DNA from: Candidatus Scalindua sp.
Lineage (GTDB): Bacteria > Planctomycetota > Brocadiia > Brocadiales > Scalinduaceae
Reading direction: 5' to 3'
Assembly: GCA_031316235.1 (NCBI GenBank)
Contig: JALDRA010000001.1
Coordinates: 3,300,001 to 3,332,000, forward strand
Length of the DNA: 32,000 nt
Part shown: one piece after another, positions 16,017 to 24,503 of the stretch
Numbering within the stretch: the first letter of the stretch is position 1
How the letters are laid out: every line of letters starts with the position of its first letter
Notes under the pieces: generated by a model
The model's database searches: none
What the model was told of the DNA's origin: nothing
The model's input: the letters and a program-made list of their open reading frames with translations, nothing else
Program-made: the position numbers and the translations under genes

Positions 16017-16248
16017 TGTTGATAAGTAGAAAATTTTCTATCTATTGCCTTTATAAAACTGAAATTATTCTATTTATTTATATATACAACCAAGTAAACA
16101 TGGAAAATATTTAATCGAATTTTCCACGTTTCCATGATGGGAAGCTATATCATGGAAATAAATAAGAAATTCAGACCAGATTCTTTTTTACAATGTTTTC
16201 AACTATATGCTATGAAAGCAACTACCTCACTTTTGGCGGTCAGCTGGT

Positions 16249-16512
16249 TTAATTGTGAGATGATTGAATTTCACTGTATTGCTCTACAGGGATAATTAAT
16301 TCTTTTTTTACTTTTTTCCCATGGGAGTGAATAGAAATAAATTCATTTTCGATTTGTTTTAATACACTTCCTTTAAAATACTGTTCTCCACAATATTCAC
16401 ATTGTTCACATGGAACATCATTAACTACAAGAAAATTATCATGATGTTTATAAGTATATTGAACGTGAGTATTTTTGAGATTTTTATTTCCACAAAAATG
16501 ACAAACTTTCAT
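16249..16512 (-). CDS. Orphan YgiT-type zinc-finger protein
   Basis: MKVCHFCGN...VPCEQCEYCGEQYF has the same two-CxxC layout as 12095-12346. No toxin gene is adjacent. Confidence 0.6.
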   Translation of the reverse strand: MKVCHFCGNKNLKNTHVQYTYKHHDNFLVVNDVPCEQCEYCGEQYFKGSVLKQIENEFISIHSHGKKVKKELIIPVEQYSEIQSSHN

Positions 16513-16550
16513 GCTGCATTAACTCCTTTCATAAGGATTTTTAATCTCAC

Positions 16551-16719
16551 AAAAAATCCAGTGGTTAAACTCTAACCGTCTGGTTGAACGAAAACTGCCC
16601 GGATACAAGGCGCGTAAAAATTTTGTAACCGGAGCGTACTCAAGTACGTGAGGATTACAAAATTTTTACAGCAACGCAGTAGGTGGGTAGTTTTCGTTCA
16701 ACCAGATTGGAAATTTTTT
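16551..16719. repeat. Long composite hairpin element L, copy 1
   Basis: TCTGGTTGAACGAAAACT pairs with AGTTTTCGTTCAACCAGA (18 bp). An inner pair is GTAAAAATTTTGTAA with TTACAAAATTTTTAC (15 bp). The right arm encodes the last recN codons. Confidence 0.7.
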
Positions 16720-18401
16720 GCGTCAGTTATCATCTCCTCCGCCTGCTTTCTTGTCACATCACTTTTCTCATCACCTCTTATCATCTCCGCAATTTCCTCA
16801 ATACGTGTTTTCGTTGAAAGTACTTCGATTTCTATCTTTGTACTGTTTTTCTTTGTCGATTTGTTTACCTTCAAATGCTGATCAGCATAGCTTGCGATCT
16901 GGGGGAGATGGGTAATACAGATGACCTGGTGGGTCTGTGATACGAGTTTTAATTTTTCTCCGATAGTTTTCCCCATTCTGCCTCCAATATTCGCATCGAT
17001 CTCGTCAAATACCAGTACCGGAGTCCTGTCTGCCATGGCTAAATGCCTCTTCAGGGCGAGCATTATCCTGGAAGTTTCTCCTCCTGAGGCAATTTTTCTG
17101 AGAGGTTTTACTTCTTCACCCGGGCCGGAAGAGAACATGAATTCAACCCGGTCAAACCCTGAACTGCGAACCTCTTCCAGATTGAGATGGTTGTGATTGG
17201 TTTCCTTGATGGTTGTGATGGCAATTTCAAACTTTCCATTACGGATGCCGAGGTCTGCCAACTCTTTTTTGATCAGCGAAGATAGCCTGGTGCCTGCCTT
17301 TTTCCTCAACTGGGTAAGTTCCGTACCGTGAGCAGTGACTGATTTTTTTAACTGAGCCAGCTCTTTTTCACTGGTATCAAGGGATTCGCTTTCAGCTAAA
17401 AGATGTTCGAGCTTTTTTCTTGATTCCTCACCGTATAAGAGTATATCTTCAATTGTTGCTCCATATCTGTTGGTGAGTCTTCGGATGACCTCGATGCGCT
17501 CCTCTATTTCCCGTAACCGTTCAGGATCTGACTCATATTTTTCACTGTCTGCTCTTAACGAATTTGCAACATCTTCCAGCTGGTAAATGGTTTGATTGCA
17601 TACCTCCAGGGAATTCTCAAATCCCTTGTCAATCTCCCTGGCTTTGGACAATTCGTCTGTAACCTCTCTTAATCTACCGACTATTGAATCATCAGACTCA
17701 TACAGGCTGTTGAGGCAGTGTAATAGGGTGCTCTGTATCTTCTCGGAGTTTACGAGAATGCAGCGATCATCTTCCAGGGTATTCAGTTCAGCGGGTTTGA
17801 GATTGGCATTCTCGATCTCTTCAATCTCAAACTGGTAGAGGTCGATCTGTTTCTTTCTCTCTTCCTGATGCTCTTTGAGTGAAGAGAGATGTCTCTCCTT
17901 TTCTCTGGACAGAGAGTAAAGTTCGGAAAATTTTACACGGTGGTCGGCTGATTTTCCAAAACTGTCAAGAATAGCAAGCTGATTGTTCGGATCTGTGAGT
18001 GTCTCGTGCTCTTGCTGTCCATGGATATTGACCAGGAGCTCACCGATCTCCCGCAAGAGGGATACCGTAATGGGGTGGTTGTTAAGCGTACACTTGTTAC
18101 GTCCCTTCTGATCCAGGCGCCGCTGCATGATGATCTCATCATCCATGCAATCGACATGTTTCTGGATCTCTTCCCGGATATGTCCGTTTTCAATAAGAAA
18201 TACACCGCTCACGGCAGCCTCCTTCTTATCCGTCTTGATCACGTCACTTGATGTCCTGCTTCCCAGAAGGAAATTGAGAGCCCCGATGACCAATGATTTC
18301 CCGACACCCGTTGTACCTGTTACGATATTGAGCCCTTTGTCGAACTGGACTGTAATGGTATCGATGAGGGCAAAATTTGATATGTAGAGCTCGCTTAACA
18401 T
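16698..18401 (-). CDS. recN: DNA repair protein RecN
   Basis: MLSELYISNFALID...NIVTGTTGVGKS Walker A, long coiled-coil middle, C-terminal ASGGETSRIMLAL...LVFDEIDANIGG. Confidence 0.9.
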   Translation of the reverse strand: MLSELYISNFALIDTITVQFDKGLNIVTGTTGVGKSLVIGALNFLLGSRTSSDVIKTDKKEAAVSGVFLIENGHIREEIQKHVDCMDDEIIMQRRLDQKGRNKCTLNNHPITVSLLREIGELLVNIHGQQEHETLTDPNNQLAILDSFGKSADHRVKFSELYSLSREKERHLSSLKEHQEERKKQIDLYQFEIEEIENANLKPAELNTLEDDRCILVNSEKIQSTLLHCLNSLYESDDSIVGRLREVTDELSKAREIDKGFENSLEVCNQTIYQLEDVANSLRADSEKYESDPERLREIEERIEVIRRLTNRYGATIEDILLYGEESRKKLEHLLAESESLDTSEKELAQLKKSVTAHGTELTQLRKKAGTRLSSLIKKELADLGIRNGKFEIAITTIKETNHNHLNLEEVRSSGFDRVEFMFSSGPGEEVKPLRKIASGGETSRIMLALKRHLAMADRTPVLVFDEIDANIGGRMGKTIGEKLKLVSQTHQVICITHLPQIASYADQHLKVNKSTKKNSTKIEIEVLSTKTRIEEIAEMIRGDEKSDVTRKQAEEMITDAKNFQSG

Positions 18402-18446
18402 AGAGTTCGTCCAGACAGTATGTACTGGAAGTAGTTTATTATAATG

Positions 18447-20018
18447 TTACTGTTCATAACTGTTCTTTCTCTTCCAGCCTAACAGTAAATCTGTGTACTC
18501 TCCCTGTTTCCAGAATTCATATGCATTGTGTGTAATGCCCAGATTTTTTTCAATCTCTGCAAAACGCCTGAGTTTGCTCGCCTCGTCCTTAATCTGAACG
18601 AGCCAGCGGTCCTGCGCCCATTCCCAGTAACCATAAACCGGGCTGTAGTACGCATTGTGGGACTTGGCCTTAAAGATGCCGTCAACGATATCGACCAGCA
18701 TTTCGTACGTCAATCTCTCCACATTGGAAACATTATATTTTCTCATCTCCCCCTTTCCGGGCAGGAGACTGAAGATGTTGTGGCCGGTAGAATCCGGAGC
18801 AAGGTCGATGGGCATGGGGTCTATCAGTTCTTCATTGTAGAGATCCATGACAATGGACATTGCCTCACGGTATTTCGCAAAGCTCAGCTTGATTCCTTCA
18901 TCCATTGCCTCCAGCTGGTCCTTTGCGAATCTTGGTGAATGACAATCCCTGCAGACCCTGATCCATGACTCTCGTTTTTCCCTGTATCGATCAGCGCCTC
19001 TATCTACAAGAGAGGTACCCATGTAGGTATAAACGGTTGAGGTATTAATAACATTGTGATCTCCTTCCGGCATATGGCAGTATGCGCACGTTGGAACGGG
19101 GTAATTTTCTGCATCAAGAGGCTTTGTCCAATCCCATGTCTGGCCTTCTCCCTGATAGACCATGCCGTGATACGACTGCATGTACATCTCATATTCGTAC
19201 TGCTCAGGGCCGGAATGGCATACTGCACAACTTGTGGGCTTCCGGGCCTCAGCGGCTGAAAATCTGTGCCGTGTGTGGCAGCCATCACATCGGTTCTCAA
19301 CTGCGTGACAACCGAGGCAGGCAACCGTCTCTTCCGCAGGTTTCTCTATCTGGCATCCCAGTTCGATCAACTCATAATGGTAAGCGTGTGCGTGTGATCC
19401 TTGACCGCCTTCCCGGTGTCCCCTTAACTGCTTTTCATGACATTCACCACAAAGATCGTATGATGGCATCATGAGCTTTTTGTGGTTCTTTCCATGACAC
19501 CTGTCACATCCGACAACCTCTTTTCCACTCGATGGTGTTCCGTGTTTACTCGCTTTCCATTGTGCAACTATTCCGGGGCTCTCCACCCGGTGACAGTTTA
19601 CACACTGCGTATTGGTGTATTCTCCATCAACAGTACTGCCCGGATGGAAGGTGTCGCTGTTGTAATAGTACGTTGGATCGTACCAGCGTATTACCGGGAG
19701 AAAATTATAGAGGTGTCCGAATTTTCCCTTGCCGGGAAAGAGGTTTTTCGGGCCGGTGTAGTAGCTTGAAAGACCGCCGGCGTGATATACGTCGCCTGAA
19801 TCATCAGGGCCAACTCTTTCTCCCAGCAGTGCTGCCATGTCCTGACGGAAGTTCGAATTCTCCACAATACTCAGTTGTCCGGGGGAGGGATTAACCGTGG
19901 ATTTTTCCAGTTGCTGAAGATACTCGATCTCCTGTGCTGAAGAATCTGCTGGAAAAGGAAATGTGACGTATACAAAAAGAGAGATAAGCAGGAAATGTTT
20001 TATGACAGGGTATTTCAT
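18447..20018 (-). CDS. Octahaem hydroxylamine-oxidoreductase-like cytochrome c
   Basis: Eight CXXCH motifs (CVNCH, CDRCH, CGECH, CLGCH, CDGCH, CAVCH, CAYCH, CRDCH). Signal-like MKYPVIKHFLLISLFVYVTFPFPA begins at the Met at 20018. The ORF is open up to 20093. Confidence 0.85.
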   Translation of the reverse strand: MKYPVIKHFLLISLFVYVTFPFPADSSAQEIEYLQQLEKSTVNPSPGQLSIVENSNFRQDMAALLGERVGPDDSGDVYHAGGLSSYYTGPKNLFPGKGKFGHLYNFLPVIRWYDPTYYYNSDTFHPGSTVDGEYTNTQCVNCHRVESPGIVAQWKASKHGTPSSGKEVVGCDRCHGKNHKKLMMPSYDLCGECHEKQLRGHREGGQGSHAHAYHYELIELGCQIEKPAEETVACLGCHAVENRCDGCHTRHRFSAAEARKPTSCAVCHSGPEQYEYEMYMQSYHGMVYQGEGQTWDWTKPLDAENYPVPTCAYCHMPEGDHNVINTSTVYTYMGTSLVDRGADRYREKRESWIRVCRDCHSPRFAKDQLEAMDEGIKLSFAKYREAMSIVMDLYNEELIDPMPIDLAPDSTGHNIFSLLPGKGEMRKYNVSNVERLTYEMLVDIVDGIFKAKSHNAYYSPVYGYWEWAQDRWLVQIKDEASKLRRFAEIEKNLGITHNAYEFWKQGEYTDLLLGWKRKNSYEQ

Positions 20019-20193
20019 AGGAATCACCATTTTACTGTTCTGCCGCACCTTCCGGGTGTTTACGGAGAAGGTTTCACTATTCTTTTTATACAAATTTATA
20101 AAGACTTCATTTTATAAATTGGAAGTTGTAATTTGTCTGTAGTTTATGATTTTAGATTTGTAATTTAATCCATAGAATTTTCAGCATTTGATA

Positions 20194-20238
20194 CACTTTG
20201 TCTCCCAGTACTGCATGTTCGGGCTGGGAGACAAAGTG
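20194..20238 (-). promoter_or_regulatory. Perfect 15-bp stem hairpin between the membrane-fusion gene and the HAO-like gene
   Basis: CACTTTGTCTCCCAG-(15 nt)-CTGGGAGACAAAGTG, 10 nt after the stop at 20249. No U-tract follows on the coding strand. Confidence 0.5.
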
Positions 20239-20248
20239 CATCAATAGG

Positions 20249-22666
20249 TTACTTTTTTTTGACCTGTATTGCTTCGTTCAATTCTTTCAGTAATTGATCG
20301 ATATCTGTTGGTTTGATCTTAACTGCCTGAGTAATGTTTACGGCCCGTGCAAGTGTTCTTCGGAGAATAGGATTTTTAAGCTGTGTAAATCCTTTGCTTA
20401 CGAAAATATCTATCGCCTGTGGGAATTGGGTGATAAGCTGGTGTACATTCGTAGATTCGGTAACAGTAGTAATCCTCTCTTTTACTTCATCTTCTTCCGG
20501 TCCTCTTGTTCCCGCATTTAAGGTTTTCCATATATTAATGCCGAATAATAAGATAGCGAAACTTTCGATAAAACCGCTTACACCCATAATCCAGTAAAAA
20601 TGGGTTGAACCTGTATGGACGGCCAGGGGTTGGAAGATTACCCGCAATATACTCCCGATGTTAATAAGGACAAATGTTATGATAAGCGAGGTGTAGCTGT
20701 ACAGTTTGATACCCTTGCTGATGGGAATAATCCGTGATGCATAACCAAAGATCAGCATGGTAATGAATCCAACCGTAACGGCGTGCCTGTACGAACCCAT
20801 TATTGCATGTGAAACAGGGGAACCGGTAGCCGTCTCATAGAAGGTGAAGATCAGCATTGCTATTTCAGCAGTTACCAGCCACAGAATCCCCGCCCAGACA
20901 AATTTTTCGTATCCCTTCTCTATGTCCATTCCGCTGTAATCAACTTCCGGTTTTGTCAGGAGGTTCAGGGTGTAGAAGAACAACAAGATGGACAGAAATT
21001 GAAGACATCCGGAGGTGAAATAGATAGAGTTCAGGGTATAATATACCGGCAGATTTATGTCTAAAAAGTATGCCTTTAAGGGTTCTGAAAAGGCCCTGAG
21101 CAGCACAGAAAAGTTCAAGGTCAGCATAATGAGGACAAGGAGTTTGGGATTTGGAGCCCGTAAACCGAGAAATACCGGTAACGTTCTGGTGAGAACACCG
21201 AAGATCACAAATGTTATGAATCCCATTACCTGTATATGGCGAAGGGGATAAACAAGGGCATGCGGCATGACTGTCATGTCTTCCTTTATCATGTAGACGG
21301 TAATGCCCGAGAAGAGCAGGGCCTGCACGAGAAACCAGAGGTAACCGGAGACGATAAATCCTTCATAAGGTTCAATGTCCTGTTTTTCTCCCGACAGGAT
21401 CGTCTTAAAGGCTACAATCAGGAACAGGATAACGGCCAGAACCTCCAGCAGGCATCCGATTAAGATCAGGATTTTAAAGAAAAATGGATCTGAAACAGGG
21501 AGAAGGGTCCGGAATACAAATACGAGAAAAATACCGGTGATCATGAAGACGAAAGAGAGATTTGCCATCTTCCCGCTATAGAGGCGCGTGGCATAAAATC
21601 TGGGGAGAATGAAGTACGACACACCCATTATGAATAGACCGCACCAGCCGAATATCTGGGTGTGGCCATGGGTCTCTATCAGCACCCTTGAGACACCGTA
21701 GAGAGAGTGCTGCAGTCCCATCTGGAAGAGCAGTACAGCGCCGTAGACACAGCCGGTTGTGAGCGCGATGACAATAGCCGCCTTAATGAATTTTTCATGG
21801 ATATTTTCAAATGCGGTTGCGGCGTTATCTTCAGGAATCTCAGGGGCTTCTGTCTTACCTTGTATAACATCATTGAGTTCCTTTATTAAATTATCACTGT
21901 CAACGTTATGAACCTTGGCAAAGAAGTATACGGCTTCCTCCGGGCCGTATTCTCCCCCGCACTCAAGTAAACCATATTTCGAAAAGACACCTTTTGTCTG
22001 CGGGTGGCACATTATAATGTCTTTTACCGTTGTATGCCCCGTTATTTCCTGTTTGCCTTCAGATTCGGGAGAGGCAGGAGAATCATTCTTTTCTCCTTTT
22101 ACGGTTTTTTCCTGCGTACTGCTCTCTTCTGAAGCGGGTTCCTGAGGAAAAGAGTTATTTAATACCCTGATAAGGTTGTCTACGTCGACGTTACACGCAA
22201 TAGCAGTCTTTTCAATACTCTGTACACCACCGCAGCAGGTATCAACACCGTATTTATTGAATATTTCTGTAGTGTGCGGATATTTTTCCGTAACGTCATT
22301 AACAATCATATCCCTGGTAATTCTGTTTTGCCCAGTACCGGGTTTGACATCTTTTTTTACCGTCCGCCTCTCTTCTTGAGTGGATACTTTCTGAGTGGTT
22401 TCCTGCGGAAGGGACTCGTTCAACACTCTGATAAGGTTGTCTACGTCGACATTACAGGCAATGGCGGTTTTTTCGATACTCTGTACCCCGCCACAGCAGG
22501 TATCAACACCGTATTTATTGAATATTTCTGTGGTTTGCGGATATTTTTCCGTAACGTCATTAACAATCATATCCCTGGTAATCTTGTTGTGTCCCATACG
22601 TATAATGCCCCTTTCGCTTTCCATCAAAGAATGGAAAAGAGAGTATTTTCCCACACATGTTTTCAC
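20249..22666 (-). CDS. Fusion protein: 3 x ScdA_N/RIC-N-like domains, a 12-TM His-rich (NnrS-like?) core, and a C-terminal DUF1858-like domain
   Basis: Two copies of ITRDMIVNDVTEKYP.TTEIFNKYGVDTCCGGVQSIEKTAIACNVDVDNLIRVLN, as in the YtfE N-terminus (DYCCGG). A third, diverged copy has LECGGEYG. Twelve hydrophobic helices carry THGHTQIFGW, LRHIQVMGF and YRHAVTVGF. The C-terminus is VHQLITQFPQAIDIFVSKGF...LLKELNEAI. The start may be the Met at 22597. Confidence 0.7.
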   Translation of the reverse strand: MKTCVGKYSLFHSLMESERGIIRMGHNKITRDMIVNDVTEKYPQTTEIFNKYGVDTCCGGVQSIEKTAIACNVDVDNLIRVLNESLPQETTQKVSTQEERRTVKKDVKPGTGQNRITRDMIVNDVTEKYPHTTEIFNKYGVDTCCGGVQSIEKTAIACNVDVDNLIRVLNNSFPQEPASEESSTQEKTVKGEKNDSPASPESEGKQEITGHTTVKDIIMCHPQTKGVFSKYGLLECGGEYGPEEAVYFFAKVHNVDSDNLIKELNDVIQGKTEAPEIPEDNAATAFENIHEKFIKAAIVIALTTGCVYGAVLLFQMGLQHSLYGVSRVLIETHGHTQIFGWCGLFIMGVSYFILPRFYATRLYSGKMANLSFVFMITGIFLVFVFRTLLPVSDPFFFKILILIGCLLEVLAVILFLIVAFKTILSGEKQDIEPYEGFIVSGYLWFLVQALLFSGITVYMIKEDMTVMPHALVYPLRHIQVMGFITFVIFGVLTRTLPVFLGLRAPNPKLLVLIMLTLNFSVLLRAFSEPLKAYFLDINLPVYYTLNSIYFTSGCLQFLSILLFFYTLNLLTKPEVDYSGMDIEKGYEKFVWAGILWLVTAEIAMLIFTFYETATGSPVSHAIMGSYRHAVTVGFITMLIFGYASRIIPISKGIKLYSYTSLIITFVLINIGSILRVIFQPLAVHTGSTHFYWIMGVSGFIESFAILLFGINIWKTLNAGTRGPEEDEVKERITTVTESTNVHQLITQFPQAIDIFVSKGFTQLKNPILRRTLARAVNITQAVKIKPTDIDQLLKELNEAIQVKKK

Positions 22667-22938
22667 CTGATTCCGGTTTCGGTAATTCGATTCCTGATCA
22701 GGTGTTAAAACAGATGCATCCTGAGAAGTTTCGATCTTTAATAAATTTTGTTTATTGACGCAGGATGGTAAATTTTATAGTTCTCATGTTTTTCATCATG
22801 CGTATCTCGCAGTACAGAGTTTACCTCGTATTCAAGTCTATATATCATAAAGGAAAATGCATGTCAATTCCATTCTGAAAAGATGTTTTATAAAAAAAAC
22901 TTGCAAAATAATTGGCTATGTGATTTATTGACGGTACT

Positions 22939-23466
22939 TTGGAGAATGGATTACTTATTGTATATACGGGTAACGGGAAAGGGAAAACAACGGCGGCAAT
23001 CGGGTCTGCAGTCAGGGCCGTTGGTCAGGGCTGCAGAGTATTGATGCTTCAATTCATAAAAGGGTCGTGGAAGTATGGTGAATTGGAGTCAGCGAAAAGG
23101 CTGCAGCCCGATTTTGAAATCCTGCCTCTCGGGAAGGGATTTGTTGGTGCGAATTCAAAACTGGATGAAAAAGAGGTTCAGGAAAATATCTCAAAATCAT
23201 GGTCCAGAGCAAAAGATGCAATCCTTTCAGACAGGTACGACATGGTCATCCTTGATGAGATAAATTATGTAATTGGCTATGGTCTCATTCCTGTTGAAGA
23301 GGTAGTAACAGTGCTTGAGAAGAGGCCGAAGAGATTACATGTGATTATGACGGGAAGGAATGTGCATGAAAGAGTAGTTGAAAAAGCAGATTTAGTTACT
23401 GAAATGAGAGAGATCAAACACCCGTATTCCAGAGGTATTAAGGCACAAAAGGGAATAGAATTCTAA
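22939..23466 (+). CDS. cobO: Cob(I)yrinic acid a,c-diamide adenosyltransferase
   Basis: GLLIVYTGNGKGKTTAAIGSAVRAVGQGCRVLMLQFIKGSWKYGE and DMVILDEINY. Confidence 0.85.
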   Translation: MENGLLIVYTGNGKGKTTAAIGSAVRAVGQGCRVLMLQFIKGSWKYGELESAKRLQPDFEILPLGKGFVGANSKLDEKEVQENISKSWSRAKDAILSDRYDMVILDEINYVIGYGLIPVEEVVTVLEKRPKRLHVIMTGRNVHERVVEKADLVTEMREIKHPYSRGIKAQKGIEF

Positions 23467-23610
23467 GCGGGTGGTTTCTTAAGCGGGTGAACGGAAACTC
23501 CCGTCTGCCGCGTGGCTGTGATTATTTCGTAACCGTCATGTATGTTACGGTTACCATGTAAACGCCTTTTGTATCCGGACAGTTCCGGTCAGACCACAGG
23601 GTTTCCTTTC
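23465..23610. repeat. Long hairpin element L, copy 2 (inverted, diverged)
   Basis: The reverse complement aligns with 16575-16705 (GTCTGACCGGAACTGTCCGGATACAAAAGGCG...GTAACCG...CGGTTAC...). It starts at the cobO stop. Confidence 0.55.
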
Positions 23611-23746
23611 AGGTACTGTTTATCCGTTCCTCAACCCTCATCATCACCAACCTGTCGGGGAAAGGCAGAGAGGTCAAAATAAGATCGCTGGCTGGCCAAC
23701 ATTTACAGAGACTTTTCATTTTTAGCCCAGTTCGGGTGATTTTACC

Positions 23747-24478
23747 ATGGCAGAAGTTACATTAAAAGTAATTTTGTTGAATCACACAAAGAGGCCGGAA
23801 GAAACGATAGCCCACGCTGCAAAACTGTGTTATAGTCCCGCTTCAATAGAACAACTCAAAAATACGATAGAAAAGTCAGATAATGAGAAATTTGTTGAAA
23901 GACTCCTTCGATTAGGGCATCTTTCTCCTCTGGAACATGCGGTGTTTACGTTTGGCGTTGAGGGCATATCAAGGGCATGCTCCCATCAGCTTGTCAGACA
24001 CAGGATCGCCTCTTATTCTCAACAGAGCCAGCGGTATGTCGGTGAACGCCGCAAAAAAGAGCATGAGATCTTTGATTTCGTCATACCTCCGAGCATTGAG
24101 GAGTCGGGAAAGAAGGAATGGTTTATCGGCAAGATGCAGGAGATCCAGAACTGGTATGATGAACTTGTTGATGGGCTGGGAGATTCTGGAGAGAAATCGA
24201 ATGAGGATGCGCGTTTTATACTTCCAAATGCAGCAGAAACCAAGATCATTGTTACGATGAATGCGAGGGAACTTATCCATTTCTTCAGTGTGCGGTGCTG
24301 TGAACGGGCGCAATGGGAAATTAGAGGCCTCGCTACTGAAATGTTGAGATTATCAAGAGAGGTTTTGCCGGGAGTCTTTTCACCGTCAGGTCCGAATTGT
24401 GTAAAAGGGCCGTGTACAGAGGGTAAAATGACGTGCGGGAACATTGAAGAAGTGAGAGAGAAGTTTCGTAACTTATAA
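23747..24478 (+). CDS. thyX: FAD-dependent thymidylate synthase ThyX
   Basis: Contains the ThyX signature RHRIASYSQQSQRY. Confidence 0.9.
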   Translation: MAEVTLKVILLNHTKRPEETIAHAAKLCYSPASIEQLKNTIEKSDNEKFVERLLRLGHLSPLEHAVFTFGVEGISRACSHQLVRHRIASYSQQSQRYVGERRKKEHEIFDFVIPPSIEESGKKEWFIGKMQEIQNWYDELVDGLGDSGEKSNEDARFILPNAAETKIIVTMNARELIHFFSVRCCERAQWEIRGLATEMLRLSREVLPGVFSPSGPNCVKGPCTEGKMTCGNIEEVREKFRNL

Positions 24479-24503
24479 CAAAATTTTACTGGGAGGAGAA
24501 AAT

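Noticed and set aside
18479-19894. Several 60-136-aa ORFs on both strands inside the HAO-like gene. The recN, fusion-gene and RND genes contain similar ones.
   Set aside because: They are fully nested in long, motif-rich genes and have no motifs of their own. They are typical shadow ORFs.
22667-22938. Possible cobalamin riboswitch upstream of cobO
   Set aside because: There is no B12-box-like conserved core or suitable stem architecture. The region is AT-rich promoter-like spacer.
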